64,000 nucleotides of DNA from the NCBI GenBank assembly GCA_009693245.1, contig SHXO01000003.1:4207-68206 (forward strand). The letters are read 5' to 3'. The notes beneath the pieces were generated by a model that was not told the origin of the DNA, did no database searches, and was given only the letters and a program-made list of their open reading frames with translations. The translations under genes were made by a program, and so were the position numbers. Positions 19,453-30,457 of this stretch are shown piece by piece (the first letter of the stretch is position 1; every line of letters starts with the position of its first letter). The DNA comes from Betaproteobacteria bacterium. GTDB taxonomy: Bacteria; Pseudomonadota; Gammaproteobacteria; Burkholderiales; SHXO01.

Positions 19453-20859
19453 ATGAGCGCACGCACCCTCTACGACAAACTTTGGGATAGCCATCTGGTT
19501 CGCCAGGAACCGGACGGCACGGCCCTTATCTACATCGACCGCCATCTCGTGCACGAGGTGACCAGCCCGCAGGCCTACGAAGGGCTGCGGCTGGCGGGCC
19601 GCAAACCTTGGCGCGTGGATTCCATCGTGGCCACGGCGGACCACAACACGCCCACCAAGGACTGGGACCAGGGAATTCGCGATCCCATTTCCCGCACGCA
19701 GGTGGAAACTCTGGATGCCAATATCGCGGCCTTCGGCGCCAAGGCGTATTTTCCTTTTCTCGATAGCCGCCAAGGCATCGTGCATGTGATCGGGCCGGAG
19801 CAAGGCGCGACTTTGCCGGGCATGACCGTGGTGTGCGGCGATTCGCATACGAGTACGCACGGAGCCTTCGCCTGTTTGGCTTTCGGCATCGGCACCTCGG
19901 AAGTCGAGCATGTCATGGCCACGCAGTGCTTGGTGATGAAGAAAGCCAAAACCATGCTGGTGCTGGTGGAAGGGCGCCTGGGGCGCGGGATCACCGCCAA
20001 GGACGTGGTCCTCGCGGTGATCGGCAAGATCGGGACGGCGGGCGGCACGGGCCACGCCATCGAGTTCGCGGGCAGCGCCATTCGCGGCCTGTCCATGGAA
20101 GGCCGCATGACTCTATGCAATATGGCCATCGAAGCGGGCGCGCGTGCAGGCATGGTGGCGGTGGACGACAAGACCGCGGAGTATCTGCGCGGGCGCACCT
20201 TCGCGCCCAAGGGCGATCTGTGGGATAAGGCAACGGCCTATTGGCGCGGGTTACATACCGATGACGGGGCGAAATACGACCGCGTGGTGACCTTGGATGG
20301 CGCCGCCATTCAACCGCAAGTGACTTGGGGAACCTCGCCCGAGATGGTGACGAATGTCGGCGGGCAGGTGCCCGATCCGGCCAGGGAAGCTGACCCCACC
20401 AAGCGCGTTTCCATCGAGCGCGCGCTGCAATACATGGGCTTGCATCCCAACACGCCCATCGAGCAGATCAAGATCGACAAGGTGTTCATTGGCTCATGCA
20501 CCAACTCCCGCATCGAGGACCTGCGCTCGGCAGCGGAAATAGCCAAGGGCCGCACGGTCGCCGCCAGCGTGAAACTCGCCATGGTGGTGCCAGGCTCCGG
20601 CCCGGTGAAGCGCCAGGCGGAAGCGGAAGGCTTGGACAAGATCTTTCGCGCCGCCGGTTTCGATTGGCGCGAGCCGGGGTGTTCCATGTGCCTCGCCATG
20701 AACGACGACCGGCTGGAGCCGGGGGAGCGTTGTGCCTCCACCTCCAACCGCAATTTCGAAGGGCGCCAGGGCGCGGGCGGCCGCACCCATTTGGTTAGCC
20801 CGGCCATGGCCGCGGCGGCCGCGATCGCTGGCCGTTTTGTGGACGTACGGAAAATTTAG
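19453..20859 (+). CDS. leuC: 3-isopropylmalate dehydratase large subunit
   Basis: Aconitase-family motifs, 468 aa. Confidence 0.97.
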   Translation: MSARTLYDKLWDSHLVRQEPDGTALIYIDRHLVHEVTSPQAYEGLRLAGRKPWRVDSIVATADHNTPTKDWDQGIRDPISRTQVETLDANIAAFGAKAYFPFLDSRQGIVHVIGPEQGATLPGMTVVCGDSHTSTHGAFACLAFGIGTSEVEHVMATQCLVMKKAKTMLVLVEGRLGRGITAKDVVLAVIGKIGTAGGTGHAIEFAGSAIRGLSMEGRMTLCNMAIEAGARAGMVAVDDKTAEYLRGRTFAPKGDLWDKATAYWRGLHTDDGAKYDRVVTLDGAAIQPQVTWGTSPEMVTNVGGQVPDPAREADPTKRVSIERALQYMGLHPNTPIEQIKIDKVFIGSCTNSRIEDLRSAAEIAKGRTVAASVKLAMVVPGSGPVKRQAEAEGLDKIFRAAGFDWREPGCSMCLAMNDDRLEPGERCASTSNRNFEGRQGAGGRTHLVSPAMAAAAAIAGRFVDVRKI

Positions 20860-20860
20860 C

Positions 20861-21499
20861 ATGGACAAATTCCTTCGGCTGGAAGGTTTGGTGGCGCCGC
20901 TCGACCGCGCCAACGTGGACACCGATGCCATCATCCCCAAGCAATTCTTGAAGTCCATCAAGCGCACCGGGTTCGGCCCCAATCTGTTCGACGAGTGGCG
21001 CTACATGAATCACGGTGAACCCGGGATGGACAACAGCAAGCGGCCGCTCAATCCCAACTTCGTGCTGAACCTGGCGCGTTACAAGGGCGCGCAAATTTTG
21101 CTGGCGCGGGAAAATTTCGCTTGCGGTTCCTCGCGCGAGCACGCCCCGTGGGCGCTGATGGATTTCGGTTTCCGCACGGTGATCGCGCCCAGTTACGCCG
21201 ACATCTTTTTCAACAACTCCTTCAAGAACGGATTGCTGCCGGTGGTGCTGGAAGCCAAGGCCGTGGATCAGCTCTTTCGCGAAGTGGAAGGCTTCCCCGG
21301 CTACAAGCTGGTGGTCGACTTGGCGAGCCAAACGGTGCGCACGCCGGGCGGTGCCGAATACAACTTCGATATCGATCCCTTCCGCAAACATTGCTTGCTG
21401 GAAGGCTTGGACGAAATCTGGCTCACCTTGAAGCATCGCGACGAAATCGAGGCTTTCGAAGCGAAGCACAAATCCTCGCAACCTTGGCTGTTCGCTTGA
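20861..21499 (+). CDS. leuD: 3-isopropylmalate dehydratase small subunit
   Basis: The conserved N-terminus [31 protein letters not shown] starts at ATG 20861, 1 nt after the leuC stop. Confidence 0.95.
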   Translation: MDKFLRLEGLVAPLDRANVDTDAIIPKQFLKSIKRTGFGPNLFDEWRYMNHGEPGMDNSKRPLNPNFVLNLARYKGAQILLARENFACGSSREHAPWALMDFGFRTVIAPSYADIFFNNSFKNGLLPVVLEAKAVDQLFREVEGFPGYKLVVDLASQTVRTPGGAEYNFDIDPFRKHCLLEGLDEIWLTLKHRDEIEAFEAKHKSSQPWLFA

Positions 21500-21547
21500 G
21501 ACCCCCACCCCAACCATCCCCCGCGTCGCGGGGGAGGGAGCCTACCC

Positions 21548-21569
21548 TAGCTCCTAGTTCCTAGCCCCC
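21548..21569 (+). repeat. CCTAG heptad module (three TAG at 7-nt spacing) abutting leuB ATG
   Basis: TAG occurs at 21548, 21555 and 21562, covering all three frames, followed by ccccc and ATG 21570. Confidence 0.8.
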
Positions 21570-22640
21570 ATGAAAATCGCAGTCCTCCCCGGTGACGGCA
21601 TCGGCACCGAAATCATGAAGCAAGCCTTGAAGGTGCTAAGCGCGCTGGAGCGCGGCGGCCTTTCCATGGAAATAGCCCAAGCTCCGGTAGGGGGTGCTGG
21701 TTACGATGCGGCCGGCGATCCCTTGCCCGCGGCGACCCTGGAACTGGCGAAGAAATCCGACGCGGTGCTGTTCGGCTCCGTGGGCGGGCCCAAGTACGAC
21801 GCACTACCGCGCGCCATGCGACCCGAGCAGGGCTTGCTTCGCATCCGCAAGGAACTGGGCTTGTTCGCCAATCTGCGTCCCGCCGTGTTGTTTCCCGAGT
21901 TGGCCAGCGCCTCATCGCTCAAGCCTGAGATAGTGGCCGGATTGGACATCATGATCCTGCGCGAACTGACGGGCGACATTTACTTCGGCCAGCCGCGCGG
22001 GCAGCGTACCAACGCGGCGGGCGAGCGCGAAGGCTTCGATACCATGCTCTACGCCGAATCCGAAATCCGGCGCATCGCCCACGTGGGTTTTCAAACGGCG
22101 CGCAAGCGCCAGCGCAAGCTGTGCTCGGTGGACAAGGCCAACGTGCTCGACACCAGCATTCTGTGGCGCGAGGTGGTCACCAGTGTCGGCAAGGAATACC
22201 CGGACGTGGAACTCTCCCATATGTACGTGGACAACGCCGCGATGCAGTTGGTGCGCGCGCCCAAGCAGTTCGACGTGATCGTCACCGGCAACATGTTCGG
22301 CGATATTCTTTCGGACGAGGCTTCAATGCTCACCGGGTCCATCGGCATGCTGGCCTCCGCGTCGCTCAATAGCGAAGGCAAGGGCTTGTACGAACCCATT
22401 CACGGTTCGGCTCCCGACATCGCCGGCAAGAATGCCGCCAATCCGCTGGCCACCATTCTTTCTTCGGCCATGATGATGCGTTACAGTCTCGGAAAACCGG
22501 ACGTGGCGCAGCGCATCGAGGCTGCGGTGAAGTCTGCCCTGGTGCAGGGATACCGCACCGCGGACATCTACGAACCGGGTGCTAAGAAAGTGGGATGCGA
22601 GGAGATGGGCGATGCAGTGGTGGCAGCTTTGCACCGGTAA
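21570..22640 (+). CDS. leuB: 3-isopropylmalate dehydrogenase
   Basis: 356 aa, [15 protein letters not shown]... Confidence 0.97.
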   Translation: MKIAVLPGDGIGTEIMKQALKVLSALERGGLSMEIAQAPVGGAGYDAAGDPLPAATLELAKKSDAVLFGSVGGPKYDALPRAMRPEQGLLRIRKELGLFANLRPAVLFPELASASSLKPEIVAGLDIMILRELTGDIYFGQPRGQRTNAAGEREGFDTMLYAESEIRRIAHVGFQTARKRQRKLCSVDKANVLDTSILWREVVTSVGKEYPDVELSHMYVDNAAMQLVRAPKQFDVIVTGNMFGDILSDEASMLTGSIGMLASASLNSEGKGLYEPIHGSAPDIAGKNAANPLATILSSAMMMRYSLGKPDVAQRIEAAVKSALVQGYRTADIYEPGAKKVGCEEMGDAVVAALHR

Positions 22641-22665
22641 CAATGTTCTCATGGCGGATTAAGCG

Positions 22666-23784
22666 ATGGCGGCAGCAAAGGTAGGTCTGATCGGGTGGCG
22701 GGGCATGGTGGGCTCCGTTCTAATGCAACGCATGCTGGAGGAGCGGGACTTCGACTTGATCGATGCCACCTTCTTCACCACTTCCACGCCGGTAGCCAAG
22801 GGCCCGGACATCGGTAAAGACACGCCACCCCTCAAGGACGCTCGCAACGTGGGCGACCTCAAATCCATGGATGTATTGATCTCCTGCCAGGGCGGGGATT
22901 ACACCAACGAAGTGTTCCCAAAGCTGCGGGCCGCCGGCTGGCAAGGCTATTGGATCGACGCGGCCTCCGCACTGCGGATGAACAAGGATGCGGTCATCAT
23001 CCTGGACCCGGTGAACATGGACGTGATCGAGGGTGCCAGGCGCCAGGGAGTAAAGAACTACATCGGCGGCAATTGCACCGTGAGTCTCATGCTGATGGGC
23101 ATGCACGGCTTGTTCAAGGCGGGGCTAGTGGAGTGGGTGACCGCGATGACGTACCAGGCGGCCTCGGGTGCCGGCGCCCAGAACATGCGCGAGTTGTTGC
23201 AGCAGATGGGCGAGGCCAGCCGCGCTCCCGGTGCGTTGATGAACGATCCAGCCTCCTCTATCCTGGAAATCGACAAGAAGGTTGCGCAAAGCCTGCGCAG
23301 CGACACCTTCCCCAAGGAGAACTTTGGCTACGCGTTGGCCGGTAGCCTGTTGCCTTGGATCGACAAGGATCTAGGCAACGGGCAAAGCAAGGAGGAATGG
23401 AAAGGCATGGCGGAGGCCAACAAGATCCTGGGGACCGAACAATCGCCCACACCTATCGATGGCATCTGCGTGCGCATCGGGGCCATGCGCTGCCACTCCC
23501 AAGCATTGACGGTGAAGTTACGCCGGGACGTGCCGTTGAAGGACATTGAAGCCATGCTGGCCGGGGCGAATGAGTGGGTGCGGGTGGTACCCAACGAGCG
23601 CGAGCCGAGCCTCGAATCCTTAACGCCAGCAGCCGTTACCGGGAAACTCTCCATCCCCGTGGGTCGGCTACGCAAGTTGCCCATGGGCGGGGAGTATCTG
23701 GCGGCCTTTACCGTGGGCGACCAACTGCTGTGGGGTGCCGCGGAACCGCTGCGCAGAATGCTGCGGATCGTGTTGAACCAATGA
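22666..23784 (+). CDS. asd: aspartate-semialdehyde dehydrogenase
   Basis: 372 aa, [14 protein letters not shown]...GGNCTVS. Confidence 0.95.
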   Translation: MAAAKVGLIGWRGMVGSVLMQRMLEERDFDLIDATFFTTSTPVAKGPDIGKDTPPLKDARNVGDLKSMDVLISCQGGDYTNEVFPKLRAAGWQGYWIDAASALRMNKDAVIILDPVNMDVIEGARRQGVKNYIGGNCTVSLMLMGMHGLFKAGLVEWVTAMTYQAASGAGAQNMRELLQQMGEASRAPGALMNDPASSILEIDKKVAQSLRSDTFPKENFGYALAGSLLPWIDKDLGNGQSKEEWKGMAEANKILGTEQSPTPIDGICVRIGAMRCHSQALTVKLRRDVPLKDIEAMLAGANEWVRVVPNEREPSLESLTPAAVTGKLSIPVGRLRKLPMGGEYLAAFTVGDQLLWGAAEPLRRMLRIVLNQ

Positions 23785-24025
23785 TCCGCCGCCCGGTTCG
23801 AATTAGTGCAATGTCATGGCCGTACTTGAAAAATAGCTAAAGAGCTTCATCCAGGCGCCGAAAACGAGACCGGTATAGCTATATTTGACCCTTGGAAAAA
23901 CGTATGCGGCAAGCGGATTCAACGTATGCGGCACGCATGGGGGTCAACGATGCGAGTATGGCTTGCATCGCGATTACCATGATGTTATTTTCAATCTCAA
24001 TGACTTAGGAAAAATAGGGGGCGCA

Positions 24026-26806
24026 GTGAGCCGACTTTCCAGACGCGCGATCCTCTTTGCTGGCGCATTGATGAGCCTGCCTTTGTCCGCTTATTCAGCT
24101 GGATTGGGCAAGCTGACAGTGCTTTCGAACTTGGGTGAGCCGCTTAAAGCGGAAATCGAAGTCGTGGCCGTCGAAAAAGGCGAACGCGACTCGCTCTCAG
24201 CCCGGCTCGCGGCAGTAGAGGCGTACATACAAGAGAATCTTCCCTACCCCAGTGGCGCGTGGGGTCTCAAGATCGCCCTCGACACACGCCCCAATGGCGA
24301 GCACTACGTCAGCATATCGAGCACGAACCCGGTAAGCGAGCCCTACGTGGATGTGCTGGTGGACCTACGTTGGAATGGCGGGCGCTTGTTGCGTGCCTAT
24401 ACGGCGCTACTCGATCCCCCCGTCCATACGGCACAAGATACAGTGCCACCGGCAACCCCCGCTCCGCTGGCGATAGAACCAGAACCGGCGCGGGCCCAGC
24501 AGCCATTAAGCGAGGCGCCCGCTGCGGAAGTCCCGGCTACGACGGCACCTTTGGACGAAGCGCGAGCCGCCCCTCCTGTAGAACTGAGCGCCGAAGCAGA
24601 TCCAGAGCCTGCCCCAGCCAGCGAAGCTACCGCCACGCCGCGGTCCGATCCTGCCGCTGCCACGGGGAGCGAGCAAGGCCAAGCCGGGAGCCCCACTCCG
24701 GCGGACAATCCGCCCGCGAGCCGCCCGGCCGCCGAGAACAACGCAGCCGCGCCGGAACCCGCCATCCGCGTCATCAAACGTGGCGATACGTTGGGCAAGA
24801 TCGCTCTAGAAATTAAACCGGCGGATGTGACGTTGGAGCAGATGCTGGTCGTGCTCTACCGCACCAATCCAGAAGCCTTCGCCGGCAAGAACATGAACCG
24901 GTTGAAGACCGGGAAGATCCTACGCCTTCCCGGTGCTTCGGAGCAGTTGGTTGTCACCCCGGCCGAGGCGCGCAAGGAAGTGCGGGTTCAAACCGCCGAC
25001 TGGAATGCCTGGCGTGCGAAGATCGCCGGCACCGTGGATAGCACTCCCGCGCTTTCCGGATCGAGCCAGAGCGCGTCGGGCACCGTCACGACGAAAATCG
25101 AGGACAAACCTGCTGCTCCGGCTCAACAACCCAAGGAAGTACTGAAACTCTCCAAGGGCGAGATGCCGGCTGATAAGACTGCCGCGCTCCGCAGTGGTAA
25201 GGGCGACACCAAGCTCCAGGACAAACTTGCACACCAGGAAGAGGCGGCTGCCCTCGGCAAAGCTGTTGGGGAAGCGAAGGAGCGTGCCACCAAACTTGAG
25301 GCGCAACTCAAGGACATGGAAGCCTTGCTCGAGATCAAGAGCAAGAAAATGGCGGATACGGAAAAATCCGCTGGCAAGGAAGTGGCAAAACCCGCCCCCG
25401 CTCCCGAGGTTGTAGCTCCTGCCGCGCCAACGATCGCCGAGGCGCCCAAGCCATTGCCGGAGTCCGCGGCTGTAACGCCTCCTCCCGCCCATCCCGAACA
25501 AGCCACACCGGTAGGCGAGCCGAAGCGCCCGCCTGCCGTGAAGAAACCAGTAGCGCAGCCTCCCCTCCTGGAGCCCAGCCTCATGGAGAAAATTCTGGGC
25601 GAGCCGCTCTATCTTGCCGGAGGCGCGGGGTTGCTCGTGCTTCTAGGACTTGGCGGATTCGTGGCCTGGAAAAAGCGCAAGGCAGCCGAGGATACGGAGG
25701 ACGACTACGAGGCTGAAGAACCCACCATGTCGCCCCGTGGCGCGCAAGCCGAGCCGGAGGAAGCGATAGCACCGGCCGCGAATAAGCCGGCGGGAGATCA
25801 CGTTTCAGAAGACGTCGATGCCGTGGCGGAAGCCGATGTTTACCTAGCCTACGGTCGCGATACCCAAGCCGAGCAGATTCTCAAGGACGCACTGAAGTCT
25901 CAACCCCACCGGCAAGAGGTTCACCTGAAGTTGCTGGAGATTTATCACAAGCGCAAGGATTCCGCCTCCTTTAACGCCATGGCGGAAACCCTCTTTTCCG
26001 CCTGCGGTGGCAAGGGCGAATTGTGGCGCAAGGCCGCCCGCATGGGTTACCAGCTCGATCCTTCCAACTCGCGCTATGCGGGCGCCGACATGGGAGCGGG
26101 GCCGAGTACCAGCGTTACGTCGTCGGGCATCAATGACAAGCTTGACCTTGATCTCGGAATGGGCCAGGACGACACATCGAGTACGACGGACATCGACCTT
26201 GGAAACCTCACTGTCAACGTGGCCTCCGCCGATCTGGATAGCGGGTCTTCCGGCTCGGACGCGCGCACTCAAATCATGAACCGTACGGGGCAGCAAGATC
26301 TTGACCGTACCGTGGATGCCAACGCGCAAACCCGCAAGTTGGCCCAGATGGACATGACGGCGGAAATGTCCCGCACTCAGGAGGCCAAGGGTTCTGGAGA
26401 GGGCAGTAGCCTCGACTTCGATCTGGACCTCAACACCCTGACCGGAGGTGCGAGCAACGCTAAGTCGGAGCCCGGCGGCCTCGATCTGGACGTCGGCAGG
26501 CTGTCTCTGGATGCGACGTTGGACGGTAAGTCCGAACCCGGGTTCGGCTCCGGTAGCTCCTCGGCGAATCTGCCGGACGTGGATTTGTCCAGCATCTCGC
26601 TCGACCTGGACGGAACCAGCTCCAGTAGCAGCAACGGCACCAAGGACGAGCATTGGTACGACGTGCAGACCAAGTTCGATCTGGCCAAGGCCTACCAAGA
26701 AATGGGCGACAAGGAAGGTGCGCGCGAAATCTTGCGGGAAGTGGTGCAGGAAGGCGATGACGACCAGAAGGTCGAGGCGGAGAAAGTGCTGGAAGCATTG
26801 GCCTAG
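24026..26806 (+). CDS. fimV: FimV/HubP-family polar scaffold protein
   Basis: GTG 24026 follows ggggg. Domains in order: signal/TM, FimV N-terminal region, LysM (IRVIKRGDTLGKIA...), acidic repeats, TM, and the C-terminal FimV motif (WYDVQTKFDLAKAYQEMGD). The track start at 23885 (TTG) is unlikely. Confidence 0.85.
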   Translation: MSRLSRRAILFAGALMSLPLSAYSAGLGKLTVLSNLGEPLKAEIEVVAVEKGERDSLSARLAAVEAYIQENLPYPSGAWGLKIALDTRPNGEHYVSISSTNPVSEPYVDVLVDLRWNGGRLLRAYTALLDPPVHTAQDTVPPATPAPLAIEPEPARAQQPLSEAPAAEVPATTAPLDEARAAPPVELSAEADPEPAPASEATATPRSDPAAATGSEQGQAGSPTPADNPPASRPAAENNAAAPEPAIRVIKRGDTLGKIALEIKPADVTLEQMLVVLYRTNPEAFAGKNMNRLKTGKILRLPGASEQLVVTPAEARKEVRVQTADWNAWRAKIAGTVDSTPALSGSSQSASGTVTTKIEDKPAAPAQQPKEVLKLSKGEMPADKTAALRSGKGDTKLQDKLAHQEEAAALGKAVGEAKERATKLEAQLKDMEALLEIKSKKMADTEKSAGKEVAKPAPAPEVVAPAAPTIAEAPKPLPESAAVTPPPAHPEQATPVGEPKRPPAVKKPVAQPPLLEPSLMEKILGEPLYLAGGAGLLVLLGLGGFVAWKKRKAAEDTEDDYEAEEPTMSPRGAQAEPEEAIAPAANKPAGDHVSEDVDAVAEADVYLAYGRDTQAEQILKDALKSQPHRQEVHLKLLEIYHKRKDSASFNAMAETLFSACGGKGELWRKAARMGYQLDPSNSRYAGADMGAGPSTSVTSSGINDKLDLDLGMGQDDTSSTTDIDLGNLTVNVASADLDSGSSGSDARTQIMNRTGQQDLDRTVDANAQTRKLAQMDMTAEMSRTQEAKGSGEGSSLDFDLDLNTLTGGASNAKSEPGGLDLDVGRLSLDATLDGKSEPGFGSGSSSANLPDVDLSSISLDLDGTSSSSSNGTKDEHWYDVQTKFDLAKAYQEMGDKEGAREILREVVQEGDDDQKVEAEKVLEALA

Positions 26807-26837
26807 GATTGTCCTAAACCTCGCTCAGATAGAACCT

Positions 26838-26880
26838 CAAGCGCCCGTGCACTGACCAGTGCCGGGCGCTTGTCATTTGG
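26838..26880 (+). terminator. long hairpin plus tcattt after fimV
   Basis: caagcgcccgtgcact-gacc-agtgccgggcgcttg has one bulge and is followed by tcatttgg. Confidence 0.6.
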
Positions 26881-26907
26881 TAATCTCGCGGCCGGTTTGC
26901 AACCCCT

Positions 26908-27729
26908 ATGGCCATGACAATCACCCTCACTAGAATCGCCCTGGGACTGGAATACGACGGATCGGACTTCTGTGGATGGCAGACGCAACCCTCGGGTTGT
27001 GCCGTTCAGGACGTGGTGGACGCCGCGCTTTCCCGCATCGCCGCGCAGCGCATCGAATCGCAATGCGCAGGGCGCACCGATGCCGGCGTACACGCCATGG
27101 GCCAGGTGATTCATTTCGATACCGGCGCCAAGCGCCCGTTGACCGCGTGGGTGCGCGGCGTGAATGCCTGCTTGCCGGATTCCATTGCCGTGAAATGGGC
27201 GCGCGAGGTGGTGCCGGAGTTTCACGCCCGCTACGCCGCTCGCGGCCGTGCATATGTCTACTTGTTGCTCAATCGCGCCGAACGCCCTGGGCTCTCCAGC
27301 CGCCGGGTGGGTTGGTGCCACCGGCCCCTGGATTTGCCGTCCATGCGCGAAGCCGCCTCGTATTTGCTTGGCGTGCATGATTTCAGCTCCTTTCGCGCGG
27401 CGGAGTGCCAGGCCAAGTCACCCGTGAAGGAGATGAGGCTGGCGCGGATCGACCAGGTGGGCTCGCTCTTGATTTTTCGATTTGCCGCCGACGCCTTCTT
27501 GCATCACATGGTGCGAAATATCGTTGGGAGCCTGGTGTACACCGGCACGGGTGCCCGTCCCCCGGGCTGGATGAAGGAAGTATTGGAAAGCCGTGACCGC
27601 GCCGTGGCGGCGCCCACTTTTTCCCCATCGGGTCTGTACCTGTCGGCCGTACAATACGACGCGGCTTGGGGATTTCCGGAGCCAAGCTCCTGCATCGATG
27701 CCCTCATGGCGGGCGGGTTGTCCAGTTAG
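26908..27729 (+). CDS. truA: tRNA pseudouridine(38-40) synthase
   Basis: RIALGLEYDGSDFCGWQ...GRTDAGVHA. Confidence 0.95.
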   Translation: MAMTITLTRIALGLEYDGSDFCGWQTQPSGCAVQDVVDAALSRIAAQRIESQCAGRTDAGVHAMGQVIHFDTGAKRPLTAWVRGVNACLPDSIAVKWAREVVPEFHARYAARGRAYVYLLLNRAERPGLSSRRVGWCHRPLDLPSMREAASYLLGVHDFSSFRAAECQAKSPVKEMRLARIDQVGSLLIFRFAADAFLHHMVRNIVGSLVYTGTGARPPGWMKEVLESRDRAVAAPTFSPSGLYLSAVQYDAAWGFPEPSSCIDALMAGGLSS

Positions 27730-27740
27730 TTCAAACCGAT

Positions 27741-28373
27741 ATGTTCACGGCCGTCAAGATTTGCGGGATCACGAAGACCGAGCACGGCCTCGCCGCCGCG
27801 CACGCCGGTGCCCACGCCATCGGTCTCGTGTTCGCCCCGCGCAGCCCCCGCCGCATCGCGTCCGAAGTGGCCCAAGCCATCGCGCTGGCCATGCCTCCCT
27901 TCGTGACCACCGTCGGCCTCTTCGCCGATCCGCCCGCCGCTCTCGTGAACGATGTGTTGGAGAAAGTGCCCCTACAGATGCTTCAATTCCACGGCGACGA
28001 GACGCCAGAGTTTTGCCGCCAGTTCGGCCTTCCCTATCTCAAAGCCGTGAGGGTGAAGCCCGGCATCCCTTTGCTAGAATGCGCCCGGCGTTTTTCTGAC
28101 GCGAAGGGCCTGTTGCTCGATGCTTTCGTCGAGGGAAACCATGGCGGCACGGGAGCATCCTTCGATTGGAACCTCATTCCCGCGCGGTTAACCCTTCCCA
28201 TCGTGCTGGCCGGTGGATTGACGCCGGATAATGTGGGGGCCGCCATCCGCGCCGTTCGGCCCTGGGCCGTGGATGTGAGCAGCGGTGTCGAGCAGGAGAA
28301 GGGAGTCAAGGATCCCGTTAAGATAGCGGCCTTCATGGAGGAAGTCAGAAATGCAGATGTACGAAGCCGGTAA
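27741..28373 (+). CDS. trpF: phosphoribosylanthranilate isomerase
   Basis: The conserved start [11 protein letters not shown] is at ATG 27741. Confidence 0.93.
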   Translation: MFTAVKICGITKTEHGLAAAHAGAHAIGLVFAPRSPRRIASEVAQAIALAMPPFVTTVGLFADPPAALVNDVLEKVPLQMLQFHGDETPEFCRQFGLPYLKAVRVKPGIPLLECARRFSDAKGLLLDAFVEGNHGGTGASFDWNLIPARLTLPIVLAGGLTPDNVGAAIRAVRPWAVDVSSGVEQEKGVKDPVKIAAFMEEVRNADVRSR

Positions 28374-29568
28374 GCTCTATGACCTGCCCGATGCGCAGGG
28401 TCATTTCGGCCCCTATGGCGGGACCTTCGTGGCCGAGACCTTGATCCATGCGCTTGATGAGCTCAAGCGCGAGTACCTGCGGCTGAAGGACGATCCGGCT
28501 TTCCAAAAAGAGTTCGCCTACGATCTCAAGCATTACGTTGGAAGACCCAGCCCCATCTATCACGCGAAGCGCTTGTCGGAGCAATTGGGCGGGGCGCAAA
28601 TCTGGTTGAAGCGCGAGGATTTGAATCACACCGGCGCGCACAAAATCAATAACACCATCGGCCAGGCGCTGGTGGCGAAAAGCATGGGTAAGCGGCGCAT
28701 CATCGCCGAAACGGGCGCGGGCCAGCATGGCGTGGCCTCGGCCACGGTGGCGGCGCGCTATGGCATTGAGTGCGTGGTGTACATGGGTTCCGAGGATGTG
28801 AAGCGCCAGGCCTCCAACGTGTACCGCATGAAGCTGCTGGGCGCCTCCGTGGTGCCTGTGGAAAGCGGCTCCAAGACCCTGAAGGACGCGTTGAACGAAG
28901 CCATGCGCGATTGGGTCACCAACGTGGAGAATACTTTCTACATCATCGGTACGGTGGCGGGGCCCCATCCCTACCCCATGATGGTGCGCGATTTCCAAAC
29001 GGTGATCGGGGCGGAGTGCCGCGAACAAATGCTGGAAACCCACGGGCGCCAGCCCGATGCCGTCATCGCTTGCGTGGGCGGAGGCTCCAACGCCATCGGA
29101 ATGTTCTATCCCTATATTCAGGATAGCGCCGTGAAGATCATTGGCGTGGAAGCCTCTGGCGACGGTATTGCCTCCGGCCGCCATGCCGCGACCCTGTGCG
29201 CCGGCCGGCCGGGCGTGCTACACGGCAACCGAACCTATTTACTGCAAGACGAGGACGGCCAGATTATCGAAACCCATTCCATCTCGGCGGGATTGGACTA
29301 TCCGGGAGTGGGCCCAGAACATTCCTGGTTGAAGGACAGCGGGCGCGCGGAGTATGTCTCCATCACCGACTCGGAAGCCGTCGCCGCCTTCCACCGGTTG
29401 ACAACCACCGAAGGCATCATGCCGGCGCTGGAATCGAGCCACGCCTTGGCGCACGCCATGAAAATCGCGCCCGCGATGCCGAAAGATAAATTGCTGCTCG
29501 TGAATCTTTCGGGGCGGGGCGATAAGGATATGCATACGATCGCCAAGTATTCTGGAATCGAACTCTAA
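28351..29568 (+). CDS. trpB: tryptophan synthase beta chain
   Basis: GHFGPYGG...HTGAHKINN. It overlaps the trpF end by 23 nt. Confidence 0.97.
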   Translation: MQMYEAGKLYDLPDAQGHFGPYGGTFVAETLIHALDELKREYLRLKDDPAFQKEFAYDLKHYVGRPSPIYHAKRLSEQLGGAQIWLKREDLNHTGAHKINNTIGQALVAKSMGKRRIIAETGAGQHGVASATVAARYGIECVVYMGSEDVKRQASNVYRMKLLGASVVPVESGSKTLKDALNEAMRDWVTNVENTFYIIGTVAGPHPYPMMVRDFQTVIGAECREQMLETHGRQPDAVIACVGGGSNAIGMFYPYIQDSAVKIIGVEASGDGIASGRHAATLCAGRPGVLHGNRTYLLQDEDGQIIETHSISAGLDYPGVGPEHSWLKDSGRAEYVSITDSEAVAAFHRLTTTEGIMPALESSHALAHAMKIAPAMPKDKLLLVNLSGRGDKDMHTIAKYSGIEL

Positions 29569-29571
29569 ATT

Positions 29572-29652
29572 GGGAAGAGGGTGGAGGGAGGTGGGAGGAG
29601 TACAACCCGCTCGCTTCTCCTCCCCCCTCCCCCCTCCACCCTCCCCCCTCCC
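29572..29652 (+). repeat. purine-heptad / pyrimidine-heptad inverted module (hairpin or G4/i-motif candidate)
   Basis: G3 tracts occur at 29572, 29579, 29586 and 29593, each with a 4-nt loop. The loop spans 29601-29614. The C-rich arm has T at 29621, 29628, 29635, 29642 and 29649. Confidence 0.85.
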
Positions 29653-29659
29653 AATAAAG

Positions 29660-30457
29660 ATGTCCCTCATCTCCTCCACGTTCCAATCCCTGCGCGCCAA
29701 GGGTCGTAAGGCGCTCATCCCATACATCACCACCGGCGATCCGGATCTCGATACTTCGCTGGCCATCATGCATGGTTTGGTGAAGGCGGGCGCCGATATC
29801 ATCGAGCTGGGGATACCGTTTTCAGATCCCATGGCGGACGGCCCGGTCATTCAGCGCTCCAGCGAGCGCGCGCTCAAGGGCAAGACCACCGTGCGTGGCG
29901 TGCTCGATGTGGTGGCGCGCTTTCGCAAGACGGACAAGACCACGCCCGTGGTGCTGATGGGGTACGGCAATCCCATCGAGGCGATGGGTTACGAGAAATT
30001 TTCCAATGCGTGCAAGGATGCCGGCGTGGATGGCGTGCTGATCGTGGACTATCCGCCGGAGGAAAGCCACGAACTCACGCAGATGCTGAAGATGCGCGGC
30101 ATCGACAGTATATTTTTGCTGTCGCCAACCTCCAAGGATAGCCGCATGGCCGATGTGGGGCGCGTGGCCACCGGATACATTTACTATGTGTCGCTCAAGG
30201 GCGTGACAGGAGCGGCGAGCTTGGATTTGGAGCAAGTGCAAGCCATGCTTCCAAGAATTCGCGCGCATTCGCCGCTACCGGTCGGCGTGGGTTTCGGTAT
30301 TCGGGATGCGCGGACAGCGCACGCCGTGGCGCAATTCGCGGACGCCGTGGTGGTGGGTAGCCGCATCGTGCAAGAAATCGAAAATTCTTCCCCTGGCGAC
30401 GTGGTGGGGCGCGTCGGGCGGCTTGTCAAGGAAATGCGCGACGCCATCGACGCATGA
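29660..30457 (+). CDS. trpA: tryptophan synthase alpha chain
   Basis: The conserved start [29 protein letters not shown] is at ATG 29660. The track ORF N-terminal extension is the translated repeat. Confidence 0.95.
   Translation: MSLISSTFQSLRAKGRKALIPYITTGDPDLDTSLAIMHGLVKAGADIIELGIPFSDPMADGPVIQRSSERALKGKTTVRGVLDVVARFRKTDKTTPVVLMGYGNPIEAMGYEKFSNACKDAGVDGVLIVDYPPEESHELTQMLKMRGIDSIFLLSPTSKDSRMADVGRVATGYIYYVSLKGVTGAASLDLEQVQAMLPRIRAHSPLPVGVGFGIRDARTAHAVAQFADAVVVGSRIVQEIENSSPGDVVGRVGRLVKEMRDAIDA

Noticed and set aside
29570-29659. N-terminal extensions offered by the ORF track for trpA (29570), fimV (23885), aroC (15006), aroG (3809), trpF (27666), leuD (20732), ppiB (48404), the SDR (61217) and the TAXI-like gene (62617).
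   Set aside because: In each case the conserved protein N-terminus begins at a downstream ATG or GTG. The extension overlaps the preceding gene or translates a low-complexity repeat.
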